A DNA stretch of 62,607 nt, counting the filler, from Choristocarpus tenellus KU-1152 (Eukaryota > Protista > Phaeophyceae), in assembly GCA_964200185.2 (NCBI GenBank). It is 13 parts of 13 records of this genome, joined end to end, with 100 filler letters (N's around TTAATTAATTAA, not from the genome) between each part and the next. Parts side by side here need not be neighbours in the genome. Positions count along the whole stretch, not along the records: positions 38,767 to 42,090 come from CAXNAD020020793.1; positions 42,191 to 46,851 come from CAXNAD020013572.1; positions 46,952 to 50,314 come from CAXNAD020020533.1; positions 50,415 to 55,486 come from CAXNAD020011973.1; 9 more parts are not named here. The stretch is one strand, 5' to 3'. A program made the translations under genes and the position numbers. Positions 38,783 to 51,469 of the stretch are shown piece after piece (positions within the stretch are counted from its first letter, which is position 1; the number at the start of each line of letters is the position of its first letter). The notes beneath the pieces are model-generated. The model was given only the letters and a program-made list of their open reading frames with translations. It was not told where the DNA came from and did not search any database.

Positions 38783-40622
38783 TCAAATCGTGGAGATAAG
38801 AGGGAAAGGGTGGGTCTCCCCAGTTTTCACCCTGGAACCCCCCAGAACTGCCGGTGCTGTAGCAGCAGCAGGCGTTTCGCTTGCTGGGAACACTCTCATC
38901 TGTTCAATACCTCTGTCTCCCACTGGAGGGTTGTTATATGTTTCACTACTGCCATCATCTTGAACGATCAGGTCATTTTGTTTGCAAGTTCGTTCTCCTC
39001 CATCACTCTTCTGCAGTTCGTCAATTCCCCATGCCTCCTTGGGAGGCGCCACAGTGTCCACCATACCCCCATTGCCTTCACACCAGTCGCCCCTACCAAC
39101 GCCACCCCAAATACCGCCAACGATATCATGCAGGTGTATTTGCGCAGAGCTTCTTCCATGGGGGCTACCTCTAGTTTTAAGTTGGTCGGGCATACCATTG
39201 TCGTTACCATTGTTGTTCGGGCTACTACTACCAAGATTTCCTAAAAGATCTGAGGCGAAGAACAACTCTCCATCATCTGTACCCAGGCTGCTCGCACACT
39301 CCTTCTCCTCTTCCAAGTCCGACTCTAGAGAGTCGCTTGTCCTCACACCACTGGTATCATACTGTGACTGCTGGTAGCGTTCCCTTAAAAGGTGTGAAAT
39401 GAGGGCATCCCTTTTATTGTGTATGTTCAACATAGCAGTCCTGGAAGGGGAGGGAGGCAAATACATGTGAAAGTTGTTGAGAGGGGGACTCAGTCGAGCA
39501 AAGCACAAAAATGTCCTAAATGGTTGAACGAACACGTTGAATTGAGTTAAGTTAAGAATGTATCACATGCTCCATGCCGATGTCTTTCGTGAAAACATGC
39601 CATATTGCATCAGTCAGGTCTTAGTATACTCCTAACTGCCCTACATATCGTTTTGTACTACACCTTGGGGTGACGAATCTAAACGAAGAAACATGATGGG
39701 TAGTATCACCTAAAGTGAAGGATAAACAGTGTTAAGAATTGACATAAGTGGTATCTCAATGTCTGACAAACAGGAAACCCTTACCATTGTGGACCATAGG
39801 TATCTTACCAATATAACGTCGGTCAAAAGGACGGGAAATCCCAACGAACCTGCAGTCATCGTCGTTGCCACCGTCCTCATTGCGCCCTTGGACTCTCTGG
39901 GATCCATTCAGTATTATATCCTCCTTGAGATGAAGCGAATCTCTCCCTGTCAAACCTCTAGCACTGGTAGCCCCCTCCCCATCCCACGTCCGTCTAATGG
40001 ATAGACAAGAGCCATTGTCGCCAGGGGATCCCACCGTTGCTTGTACAGTACCGTTGCCCCTTACATTTGGGTCAAGAGGATAACCTGGAGGTATACGATT
40101 TGTACCTTCCAGGCCCCCTGCCTCCCAGATGGCTGCCTCGTCCAGGAGCCGTGACGTATCAACAGCCTTGGTTTGAAATATAGCCTTCGTTGTTTTACTG
40201 GGCGATGTCACTGCAACAGCAGAGTTTCAGAGGGAGATGTTACCAGAAGAGGCGTTTCAGGTCAAGCTATATCGGCCCAGCACTACAAGGTAGGCAAGGC
40301 AGTCTTTCATGCAATAGCAATAAACTTTCTGTGCCTTGAAGATCCTTCTCTAGACCTTGGATCTGGCGGTACTAAGATGGGCCTGCGCATGCTCTGGGCG
40401 GGTTTCGGTACTGGTATTGCAAAGCTCTCTTCTCGCGACCAATATATCTTCCCGACATGGTTTCCAATCTATGGCGCAGAGGAAACAAACCGATAGTGTA
40501 GAGCAATCCACAACCACTTCACACTCGCCATGTCTGGGGATGTCCTTGTCCTTCCTAAGCCTCTGCTCTGCGCGCCGGATCTCTTCCTCCACGCCTCCCA
40601 GAAGCTCTTGCAGCGCAGTCAT
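38783..40622 (-). CDS. Hypothetical protein, multi-exon, short N-terminal coiled coil and long low-complexity regions
   Basis: Start MTALQELLGGVEEEIRRAEQRLRKD at 40622. Candidate exons 40210-39785, 39678-39645 and 39440 onward join with compatible phases (1, then 2) at AG/GT sites. The junction between about 40350 and 40210 and the 3' end are unresolved. No recognisable domain. Confidence 0.45.
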
Positions 40623-42190
40623 CGTTCAAGTTCAACAATCTAGTAATGCATAGCTTAGTATGAGAGGGAAATGCATCGCAATTGGTCCTGGGTAGTCTTC
40701 ATATCATTGTTCATCAACAAAGGATGTGAAGGTGTATTACTGTTAGTGTACGGTATACAAGTGGATCGTTCAAAAGAATCTTCTTTCAAGGACAACCTAA
40801 AACACAAAATAAAACGACTCTGGAGATTTTGACGAGAAGTTAAATGGAGTCTTACATTAACCAAGTGAAATTCTTGGCGACCCAAGGAGGGAAGACCTGT
40901 TGACCTGCACCTTGTTGTTGACACTGCCAAACATCTCGGAGGCAAGGACACCCACAATTGCGGAGGCCTGTCCTTAACTCGAGGACAAGCCCTAGAGGGT
41001 AGAGGGTGAGATCCTGTGCTGTTTGTTCCCCTGTCATGTTGCCGCCCCTGGAGATCGTAAATAAACCCGACTCTGGACAGACCATCAACACAGCAGTGGG
41101 CATTTGCCATGTGAAGAATAGAGGCGGAGAAGAGATGGCGGGTTTTGGTTTCATGATTGATTCTATTTCTTGAAGCCGCCCTTCGTTTGGTTTTATGTTT
41201 GTGTATTGTGAGATGACGCCTTGAGTGCTCTGTTCGACGTCGTTTCACACGTCTTGGGGAAAGATAGAAAATGTCCTACCTATTTGAAAGAATGATGTGC
41301 AGCTCCCCAGAAATCGTGAGCGGTGGGAGAACGTGTGTTTGTGCTAGTTAGGGACTTGATGGGTGGTTACGTGGGAGAGGGGTATTGCCGAGGTCGCTCT
41401 AGGTCGCACACGGAGGTTACACTATTGCTGGAAGTTGAGGTAGTAGGTCTTCCCGACTGAAGTTTCTGCTAGCCGCTTGCCCATCCTGCCTTTGTATTCT
41501 TGTCTTGGGCATAAATTTTTGATACGTATGAGCTTGTTCGGTTACTTAAAGTCCTGCAGGTCCAGCGGATGATGCTGGGGACGGGCTCTACAATGACGCT
41601 TAACTACGAAGATCATCACCATTTTGGAGGACTGAACCAGTTGGGGATGGGCGGTGAGTTTACTGTAGACGGCGCTTGCTATTCATATCCTCACATCCCA
41701 TAGCCAAGGCTTGAGCTCTTGTATCAATGAACCGTGGTTACTCGTACAGACAATGCGGTGTGTTACACCCCCGTCCTAATTTCTTCATCTTTTGTAGTGT
41801 GCAATACAGTCCCGCCTCTCAATCAGGGCATAATTTCTTTCTTAAATTTTGCTTGGGATAGTAGTCAAGCGAGTGTACGAGTCTTCCTTGAGAACTTGCG
41901 TACTCTTTCATGCCTAAGGTTCCAAATGTAGTCTCGTCGTAACCGATGTTCTGGTGTATCTTTTTCACCCTCACAGCCGTCATAGGCGACCTTGGAGTCC
42001 AGCAGGGCATGCCTGGGGATATAGTGGGAGCAGATGACCCTACGGGAAGCGGGGGAGGAGGGGGCACTGGTGAGGTTGTGCACGTGGGGGNNNNNNNNNN
42101 NNNNNNNNNNNNNNNNNNNNNNNNNNNNNNNNNNTTAATTAATTAANNNNNNNNNNNNNNNNNNNNNNNNNNNNNNNNNNNNNNNNNNNN

Positions 42191-42406
42191 GGCATACATG
42201 TGCACGAAGATCAAACGGAAATCATTTCCACCCCCCACACACTGTCCTACTACCACCTTCAGCATGGATTCCCATTCAAAAAGGGGCTCTTAAAAAGTGC
42301 TGCAACATTTACAAAAAAAAACATACCGACTCTTTTTCCAGGTCAATTTTGGGTCAAACCCATCCTCCATAGTATGCTCCATCCTCAATTTTGGAAAGAC
42401 GCTGTT
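42191..42406 (-). mobile_element. End of TIR family T2 element at the contig start
   Basis: Reverse complement of 12874-13092, ending ...CTCAATTTTGGAAAGACGCTGTT. Confidence 0.8.
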
Positions 42407-45400
42407 GATAGGAGTGGTCCCCAAATTCGACACCTGATCTAGATGCATCTGCTAATGCAGCGGCATCCACCAATGAAACAAAGTCTTTGGGCGGGTTCGG
42501 TAGGAAGTTGAATGCCCGCAAAATTCATGATTGGGCACCCAAGTTTGAATATGCATATTACTAGGTAGTCAGCCAGTTTGGGGTTGCCTTCTCCATCTAC
42601 GGAAATGAGTAAAAAAATTGCCACTCTCTCTTATTCAGAAATCCGGAGTCCATTCCCGTTCCGGCAGGTTTAGGTGCACAGTGGTTCTGAAGTGATCATC
42701 TAAGGGAAACTGAGAGGGTGAACTGGCGGGCAGTGTTGTATACCAACTGATCCCAAGACGAGAAGAGCGCCAAAGCAAAAAACTTGAGGGATCGCGTTGG
42801 TATGCAGAGTTTCCCGAAAAATGTGTGTGGGCAAAAAGTTGTAGACAAAAGTCATTCAAGGTTTCCTCATACATCTCATGCTTGCCTGCCAGTACCGATT
42901 CCTTATTTACCGTGACCAAGAACAAATTCTGGACCCGTATTGTGAAAGAAAGCATTGGTATTAAATATGGCACAGCAACACGTTGTCAACCATCCTTGTC
43001 TGATTCAAAGAATGTGATAGACGTGAGGTCTTTGACTGATAGAGTGTTACTTTCAAAGGGTTGAATTGTTGTAAGCAAGTTATCATCGAACTTATCTGTC
43101 AGGTACATGCACTCTGGTTCAATGGCGCCTGAAGTGCTGAGACCACCAAGACATAATCGTGGAGTGCGCTAGAAGTGAAGCCTAACTAAGCGAATTTCCT
43201 CTACTATATCCTTCTTCAGGGACTTGCTTAGAGTTTGTCCCTCGGACTTGTACCCCTCCTACAGAACCACGAACCAGTTGCCACACGAGTGCCATACTGT
43301 GGGGGTACCCGTCCTTGGGTTGAACCCCCACCATCCCACTTTGCTCAGCACGCCACGTAGGACGCCTTCAACCCAACTAGTTGACACAATATCGGTGCTT
43401 CCCCCCTTGTCCAGTTTGAAGGTTGTTTCACCTGAGTTAGTGGTCTTCCCTTACACTTCTCGTTCTTGTCCCTACTCTTCTTTTTTTTTACTTTTTTTAC
43501 TGGGACATCAGTGGTCTTTATAGTTTCCTCCCCAACTATTATTGGCGTGAATACCACTATGATGAGCAGGCTTCAATCACTCGTGGGGGGTGCTCACATC
43601 ACCAGTTGTGTCAGAGGAGCATTTCTCCAGCAAAACCAAAGCGCTCACAACCCCCTCAAATCTTTGGATGAACCTTGAGTTGAACCCCGGATCCGATGGA
43701 CAGTGTCACATCATTGCGATGGTCAACCGGAAGTGGTCCAGGAATTCTCAGAATTTCTCTGTGATTGATGTTGATGTGAACGACACCAATGAAAAAGAAA
43801 TGTGCGCGCCATACACTTACTTGTTCGTACAGAAATGGATTTGACAGAGATCATCTCCCAACCACACCTGTCCGTATCACAAAGAAAGAAAATTATAGTA
43901 TTTCAGCCCCGACTTTTTTAGTATGTAGGGCAAATTGCGTGGAGGAAGAGTGAAAATATTGACCAAGAATGCACTTTGTCATTTTGCCCCACTCACTTTT
44001 CGTTGGACTATGTTATCTTCATCTCCTGAGAGGTCGTAGAGAGCAAGGTGTTCATCAGGCAACGTCACATCCGTTTCATCTTCGTCACGATGGTAAACAC
44101 TTGATATTGTTCAGAGATGCATTTCACAACTTTGGCGAGGAGTCCCCTCTAGTCCCTGTGCACAATGTGACGGATTGATAATGTGGGGATTGGAGAGTCT
44201 CTTCACTCAGATCTTGACATCGGGAACGGGAGACTACAGAGCCTCCGCACATGTACTTAAGTCCGTTCAGGTAGAACCTACCATGTGTGCTGCCCTGTCC
44301 GTGAACGAAGGCCTGAAAGACATGAAAAAGGAGAAGCAGCTCGTATAGTCAGCAAAAGCGTACGTAAATGTGGCGGTAAAGGACCGGCTACCAGCAATGG
44401 CAGGAACGCCAAATTTTTAAGCACATTTTGCGTTGATAGCGTGCATACTTCTGTGAGCGACTGTGGGCGGTGAGTTCATGTATTTATGGCCTGGTTATAT
44501 TCCTAAACTTACTTGATAGGTACGGCATTTCGACGACATACATCGCACAGTTCAAAGGAGGCATATTCAACAACATTCCTGATCACGGTCCACTGTGTCA
44601 ACACCTTTCCTCACATGTAATGCGACGACAACGTTGAAAAGGGTGCAAAGCCAAAGCTGTTTGCCAACCAGGTCGACTCCTTCTGGAGTCTCTGTATGAA
44701 ATAATTCAAAGGGAGATCACCAATGTGTATACTCCCATATACTGCAGAAAGTGGAGGTTATCTCCTCCTACTCATTTGTTGTCCAAGAATTGTTGAATGT
44801 AAAGACCATACAGCAGGATAAGACTTGCTTCTAGATTGAGCGATGTGGTCTCCCCTGTGACTTGTACCTCGCTAAGGATTGAGCCGGAAGGAGGAAGGCG
44901 GGAATCCGACCAGTGGGTTGGGGACTTACTGCAGAGAGGCTTTGCGAGGAGAAATGGAAGCTGAGCAGAAGAGAGGGAATAAAGCATGCACCCCGTCAGA
45001 TGCTTCCAGTGAGGGTGAAGGGCTTTTCAGATCTTTTTCGTGTAGTGTTGGGCTTTACTTGGGGTGTCCTAGTTGACAAAGTCTTCATCTACCAATCATT
45101 GTTTGCCACATGCTCTCGCACACCTATCTGTGTTACTATTTCTCAAAAATCGTTATAGGGGAATGAGAGTCTCATGGCTGGAGCAGACAGCAGCAACTGG
45201 TGTTGATCATCGTATGCCTACATCAGATGGTTCTAATGTTACTGATGGAAGGAAGATTCCCAGTCACCAGGTGCCTGTGTACCTGCTTGCCTTTCACATG
45301 AACGGGCCCATGAGCAATGACCCTACCCCAGACTTCAACCTTCAGATATCCTGTAGCCTACTTCGTAGGAATTGGAAGGATTGGAAGATTATAAACTCAG

Positions 45401-46498
45401 GCAAAGAAAGCATTGGCAAGGATTGTAACGTGTCTTCCATCACCAGTAGAGGCACAGCGTGCAGATTTAATCCCAGGGTCAAGGGCAAGCCTAGTTGGAA
45501 ACACTCAGACCTGAAGAAGCTAAGCTTAGAGGCGGAAACAGTAGTGGGATCAGTGTTAGTGGTGCCAGCGACATCGTGAAGTCTGGGGAGAGTCCAACAC
45601 TCGGACAGGAGTTTGAGAAACTCCAACATATAGACGCACACCCAGCTAGGATCGGGGGCTGCAAAGAGGAGATTCAACTGCTGGTTGTCACGGGTTGTAG
45701 CGATGAAGCCCAGGAGAAGAAGCAGGCACTGTTGAAGTTGCGTAGAAGTCCCCTGTATGAGCAGCCCCCCACTCCCACTACAGCCAGGGCACAGTCGGTG
45801 CAATCTGACCGCCGTCCGACCATCATTGACAGGATAGACTTTGGAGTTGTTGCAGGAGCCCTTCACACACACTAGGATGTCCCCAGAACATATTGGGGAT
45901 GACTCCAAAGGCAGTGAGGGTGACTATCTAGATATTGGAAACAATGTCTGAGAGGGTGGGGCCCGAAGGGTAGGGATTCAGAAAGGGAGAAGAGGTTGGA
46001 TCAGTTATTTGTATGATGGACCACTACAGAAATTCAAAATATTGAATAAACAGATATAAAACTCAGTTGGGCTGAAATCGGATATTTCTTTTAACATGGG
46101 GACAGCATAACTTGACCGCCTGCTGAGTCAAGCTGTGTCCCAATGATGGCGCTTCTTGAAACTCAAGGGGTTTTTGAAATTTTCTTATTTCAATTTATAA
46201 TTTATTGTGTTGTGTTTATTGCAAGCCACACAATAAGCCACGTACCAAGCTTGGTTAGGAACAAAAACATTACCACTCCTGCTGACATTCTTCTTCCACC
46301 TGTCACCCTACATGTTCCCTCAACCCTAACACCACCCCCAGGACCACAGAACATTCAAATGCCAGTAAGGGTAGTTGAACTTCAGAGCCACTCTAACTGC
46401 CCACACCTATTTCTATAGCCAAAGTGAGCTACCAGCTTCTCCATCTGAAAAAGAAAATCCTCCTCTGCTTCAACTGCTTCTATAGTTCCACCTCCCCC

Positions 46499-46815
46499 CT
46501 ACCCCATACCACTGTTATCTGTGAAAGGGTTGAAGACATAAGCGCCATATAGGCCATCTTTTCCACTCCATTCCATCCCTTGCTCAAACTGATCTAATCC
46601 ATCACATGTGTGAAGCATATTATGAAGAATACAGCATATGTAGAATGTGTTGATTCTCTCTTCACTCCCAAACTCCCATGACAACTTCGAGGGTACAGAA
46701 ACAACTTTTGAGTATGCCAATGCCCTTTCTCACACTCTTCAAGAGTTGGCTCCATTTTAGTTGGTTCTCAGTGCAGCTGGCCTTGTTAGGAGGCATGAGG
46801 CCCTTCCACTGTATT
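46499..46815 (-). pseudogene. Frameshifted C-terminal relic of a PIF/Harbinger-related (Plant_tran / DDE_Tnp_4-like) transposase
   Basis: QWKGLMPPNKASCTENQLKWSQLLKSVRKGIGILKSCFCTL, then in another frame FGSEERINTFYICCILHNMLHTCDGL. This matches the family pattern (ESxRKDVExxFGILKxRFxxL ... CCILHNM) with the ExxF segment deleted. A T1 end is inserted at 46834. Confidence 0.75.
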
Positions 46816-46951
46816 CTTATTCTGGGGGCAGAAGACCCTAAGTATCTGGGGNNNNNNNNNNNNNNNNNNNNNNNNNNNNNNNNNNNNNNNNNNNNTTAAT
46901 TAATTAANNNNNNNNNNNNNNNNNNNNNNNNNNNNNNNNNNNNNNNNNNNN

Positions 46952-47023
46952 CTCATCCAGGAAGCTTTCCGCTTGCTTGCCGAGGCGCCCAAAACTTTCC
47001 ACCGCAAAGGTGTTGAGGTTATA
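46952..47023 (-). mobile_element. Fragment of an RLE-type non-LTR retrotransposon (C-terminal AVESFGRLG motif)
   Basis: Translation YNLNTFAVESFGRLGKQAESFLDE; same element class as 29883-30011. Confidence 0.75.
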
Positions 47024-48049
47024 GATATTGATATCATAAAAGAGTTATTCAATCGAAGCAACTGATATATCCCAGCCAATCAAAAAATGCTGCAAAACCT
47101 ACATTGTACAAGAGACATATCGTTTTGGCTAGGCGGTAGAGACGCTTGTTTGCTAGCATGTAACACCCTTGCGCTGCCTCAGTCGAAAGCTTGGTCGTCA
47201 GGCAGAAACAAGGACTATATCGCTACGACAGGACTTCCATGCACGAAGAGGTATCAAGCCAAACCTCACTTTTATACAGAGAAGTTGTCAAGCGTGTATT
47301 GGCAGCCCTTGCACCGATACTTTCAACCTGTTTTAATCCAGAAGCCCTCACCCATTGTCTGTGCAGCCTTAAATGCCGAACCTTCTTCCGTTCCCGGCAA
47401 GCACAGTACCTCGTTCGTTCCCAAAAAATAGCAAGACACCAAAACCCGTTCGATCAGTCAACATCCGTTCCCCAGCCTGTGCTTTGATCCCTACCTGCTT
47501 TAGCCACATACAGGGCGAACGATAGAAGTTGGCACGACTTGGACAAAATCTTACCTCCATCTTCTACCTCCACAAGACGAAGTCCACATATGGCTAAAGG
47601 TGCACCAAGTTTGCTTTCATCATGCCCCTAGTCAAGACTGCTTCAAGTCTCTATAACTGACGAGTGCAGGTATACGTAATGCCACTCGTTAGTTCCCAGA
47701 GGAATCCACTCATACCTTTCCGGAACCCACGGAGGACCTCCTGGTACTCAATCTACTGCAGTGTCTCGTAAGATGGTAGCCTTAATAGAAACGAATCTCC
47801 GATACCTAGCAGCGATGCAATACTCGAAACTTTCTCCACTATTCGCGAGAAGCCCAACCGTTTCGGACGTTGCAGAGTCGTCTTGAAGTTGCGCCATGGA
47901 GTCTGAAGCCCCAGCGATCCATGTCAATCCAACTATAGACATAAGACTTTCATTCCCACCTTGATAATATTCACCATGACACCGACCATCGTACTAGTCA
48001 AGTATCGACATATGCCCTGATATGTCACCCATGCAGTGTCCACTCGAGA

Positions 48050-48307
48050 ATGCTTGTCCAGGTAATCCTTGACACAGGTGCAGGTCTCATCTATTCTTGT
48101 GAAAATTGCTTACCGCAACTCAACATGGCAGGCAAAGGTACCTTAAATGCAGCAAATCCCAGAGGGTGTAATATTCTGCCAGTGCTGGTACTGAAGTCAT
48201 GCAAACTTCTAATATCGTTTTTCCCAGAGGAAAAAGTGCGCAATATGGCTTTTAGGATAATGGTGGGGCTGCCATACAAAATTATTTTTAGGAGCAACAT
48301 TTTGTAG
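48050..48307 (+). pseudogene. Ty3/Gypsy-type aspartic protease relic within a decayed LTR retrotransposon gag-pol (about 47100-48400)
   Basis: VQVILDTGAG active-site motif, flap-like LNAAN, and C-terminal FRIMVGLPYKIIF (degenerate ILG). Flanking frames are broken by stops. Confidence 0.65.
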
Positions 48308-50254
48308 ACAACACCAGAGGGAACTGTCATTTAGAAAATTTCAATGCTCCCAACCATCACCACTGCCACGATGGGTACCTTTTGTCAACATTCCAACACC
48401 CAGATTGAGCAGTAACAATGCGCCCTTGTCAGACCTTGGCAAATGGCATTGTAGTACAAAGAAAAGTTCTAAGATAGATAGTTGTCAGACTAGGTAACTA
48501 AACAGAGAAATGAGCAGCTTTACCTTACTACAGTTGGATGTTTATCATGCCTTCTAGGACCTTCACAACCATAACACAGGACCATACCCAACTAATGTTC
48601 CCACCCAAGAACAACTCTTGCCCCGAGAGGATGTGTTACGTTTCTTTCCTATTGGTACTAGTGTCAAACATTTTGGATGGATGAGAGCTGAAGAGACTGG
48701 TAGGACAGGGTCCAGGGTTTGAGTTCAAGTCACCCCACTGGAGGGTATGGTTGAAGGATGGAGGTAAGGAGGAATTCGACAGGAGAGAGATCAGTGCCTC
48801 CTCCAGAAAACCTTCCAGCAGGTATCAACTGTATGCCTGAGGGACAAGGTGAGGTTCAGCCGGTACATGCTAGAACAAGAGCTTAAAACATTGAAAATCA
48901 TAAGAAACTGAAAGGAATGGGAGGCAGCAGAAGTTAAAATGAAGCTGCCCACATTAGAGCACACAGTATTATAAATTGGTTGTATAGGCTGAGTTCCTTA
49001 GAAAATATAAACACTGAACTCACTAGTTTTTATTTTTATTTATTTTCCTCTTTTCTATTTTGTAACAACTCTCTGTGATCTTGAATCCTTATGTTTTTTT
49101 ATAATATTTTCTTTTAGTTCTCATCCCATCATCCCCTGATTTTTAAACTTCATTTTCTTTTCATAATGATTACCCTCCTTATTTACTGACTTTTTCTGTT
49201 CTTTTCTTTTTTCTTCCCGTTTACTTTTTATGCTCATATTTCTATTTTATTTACTATTCAGTTTCCACTTTGTTACCCTCATCATCCACACTTTTGTTTT
49301 CTATTTATTGCTTATTTTATCTATATTTATTATAGTACTGTTTGTTGCTCTCATTGACCCTTCTTTCTTTCTTTCTTTTTTTCATTGCCTGTTTTGTGCA
49401 CTAGCAGCCTTGAGTATGCTTTGTGCATGGGGGGCATAGGACAGGCAATAATCAGATGCTGTGTAGGTCATGAATTATGTAAGTCTAATCCTTGATAGCA
49501 CTTACATTTATATAACCAGGAAGATTGGAACGGTAGACAAACGAATTGTAAGCCTAATCATAGCTATGTATTTTGTAACTTTTATAGGTCCAGTTCGAAA
49601 GAAACAAGATATACTCGGACTAGGCCAGGGGCAATCTGACTCTAGTGTTATTCTGTGACCTTGGAAACCTTTCCCAGGGTAGACAAGAATATTTGCTGAC
49701 CTGTTTTGAGGCTAGTCGGAGTTATATATATTCTTGTAATAAAAGTATATACTCTTATCTGGTCAGACATATATTGATCTTGACTGTGCCTTACGACTTT
49801 TGAGGATCCGTTCTCAATGGAAACCAGAGGATTGTCGATCATTATTGGAATCGATGGGTTAATTTGGAACTGGAGTCCCTATGTTGGAGAAAACAGAAAG
49901 AGTAGGAACTGAAGCCCCTATGTTACCAAATGGCAATTATGCATGCCACCGCAGCATGATCTAAGGTGATGGATATTTATTATCCAGATAATGATTATTG
50001 CCTGTGGAAAACATGGAACAGGTAGTCCCTGCATGAAGCATAGGATAGCAAACGTTGGCACCATGAAGTGACTTACATCAGAACAGATAGCAATTTATGT
50101 AGGATGTTTTGCTTTTTTTGAATATATATATCACCCCACACTGTCCCCTTACTCTCTACGTGCGTTGTAAGATTCAGGACTAGAGTGTACTCCCCCCTCA
50201 CATAATGAACCGAGTCTAGGTGGAGCACAAATGTTACTTCAGAGAACAATTGAT

Positions 50255-50314
50255 GGCTTAAAGTATCTCGGAGGGGGTGGGGGCTGTCCATTTGGGATCA
50301 ATTTTTTCATGTCG
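50255..50314 (+). mobile_element. MITE T1-A left end, truncated by the contig end
   Basis: GGCTTAAAGTATCTCGGAGGGGGTGG...GTCCATTTGGGATCAATTTTTTCATGTCG. Confidence 0.8.
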
Positions 50315-51469
50315 NNNNNNNNNNNNNNNNNNNNNNNNNNNNNNNNNNNNNNNNNNNNTTAATTAATTAANNNNNNNNNNNNNNNNNNNNNNNNNNNNNN
50401 NNNNNNNNNNNNNNTTGCCCGTTGGTCGTGTCCGCCGGGGCGGCGGGGGCGGGGGGGACGGTGGCGCGGGCTGGCATGATGCAAGTATGTGTGTAACACG
50501 TCACACTGATTGTTGATTTCGATGGTATTTATGTTGCAAGGATTGCCCACAATGCAGCACCAAACCACTGTTACCTGCAATCCACGGTAGAAGCTCTGCT
50601 CTCATCCCATTTCTGCTGAACATGTTGGTCCTTGCCAAAATCCATCAATTAATCTATGTTCAAAGCTTTGCTCCAGAAACAAGCTGGAAGGCAATAGGAT
50701 AAAGGAACTTTGTCTTAGATACATGAGGCGGAGGGTCAGATTTGGACAAGCGCAATAGACATCATTGAGCACAGCTTAAGGGAGTTCAGTGAATAGTTCA
50801 CAAAATGTTTGGAGTGTCTGCATTATACCATAATATAAACTATCCTGCATATTGATGTCTCAGGGGAAATTGTAGTTGCCAGTGTTCCGTTTGCTGTTCT
50901 TAATGAGGAAGAGGAGGGGTATCACGGATGGTGGGCGCAACAAATGAGTAATCTTTTCCCGCTTCTCAAGCAAAGCTAGAAACAAAATGCTTGAGGGTGT
51001 GAGAGAGGGAAGAGGCAGGTGGTAGATGTCACCACCACATATGTAAGGGCCAAAGGGAGGACAGAGGAAGATGGGCTGTAGAAGAAAAGAAAGAGGTGGG
51101 AATGCAACAATATCCGTAAGTGACGCTGGCTCTTTTCATTTGACAAAAGCCGCGTATGGGTTAAGGTTGTGTAATTTCCTAGTGAACATTCCCTACAACA
51201 AATAACAGGAGGATAATAGGAAGTGGAAGGTGCATGGACTACAATATCGCTCAGCTAGAGCACAAATTCCGTACGACATCCAATCAAAATGTATCACTTC
51301 TAATCCACCCTGTGAATCGTGACTCCATGTAAACAACCACAAACACACAACAAGAGAAGCCAGTTGATTCTAGTCTGTTTCTACAGACCCGGAGAGGGGC
51401 TCACATGGCTGCTTGACCAGATATACACACAAGTCTGGGACATTTCACCGTTGATCAGAGATGTCAACA

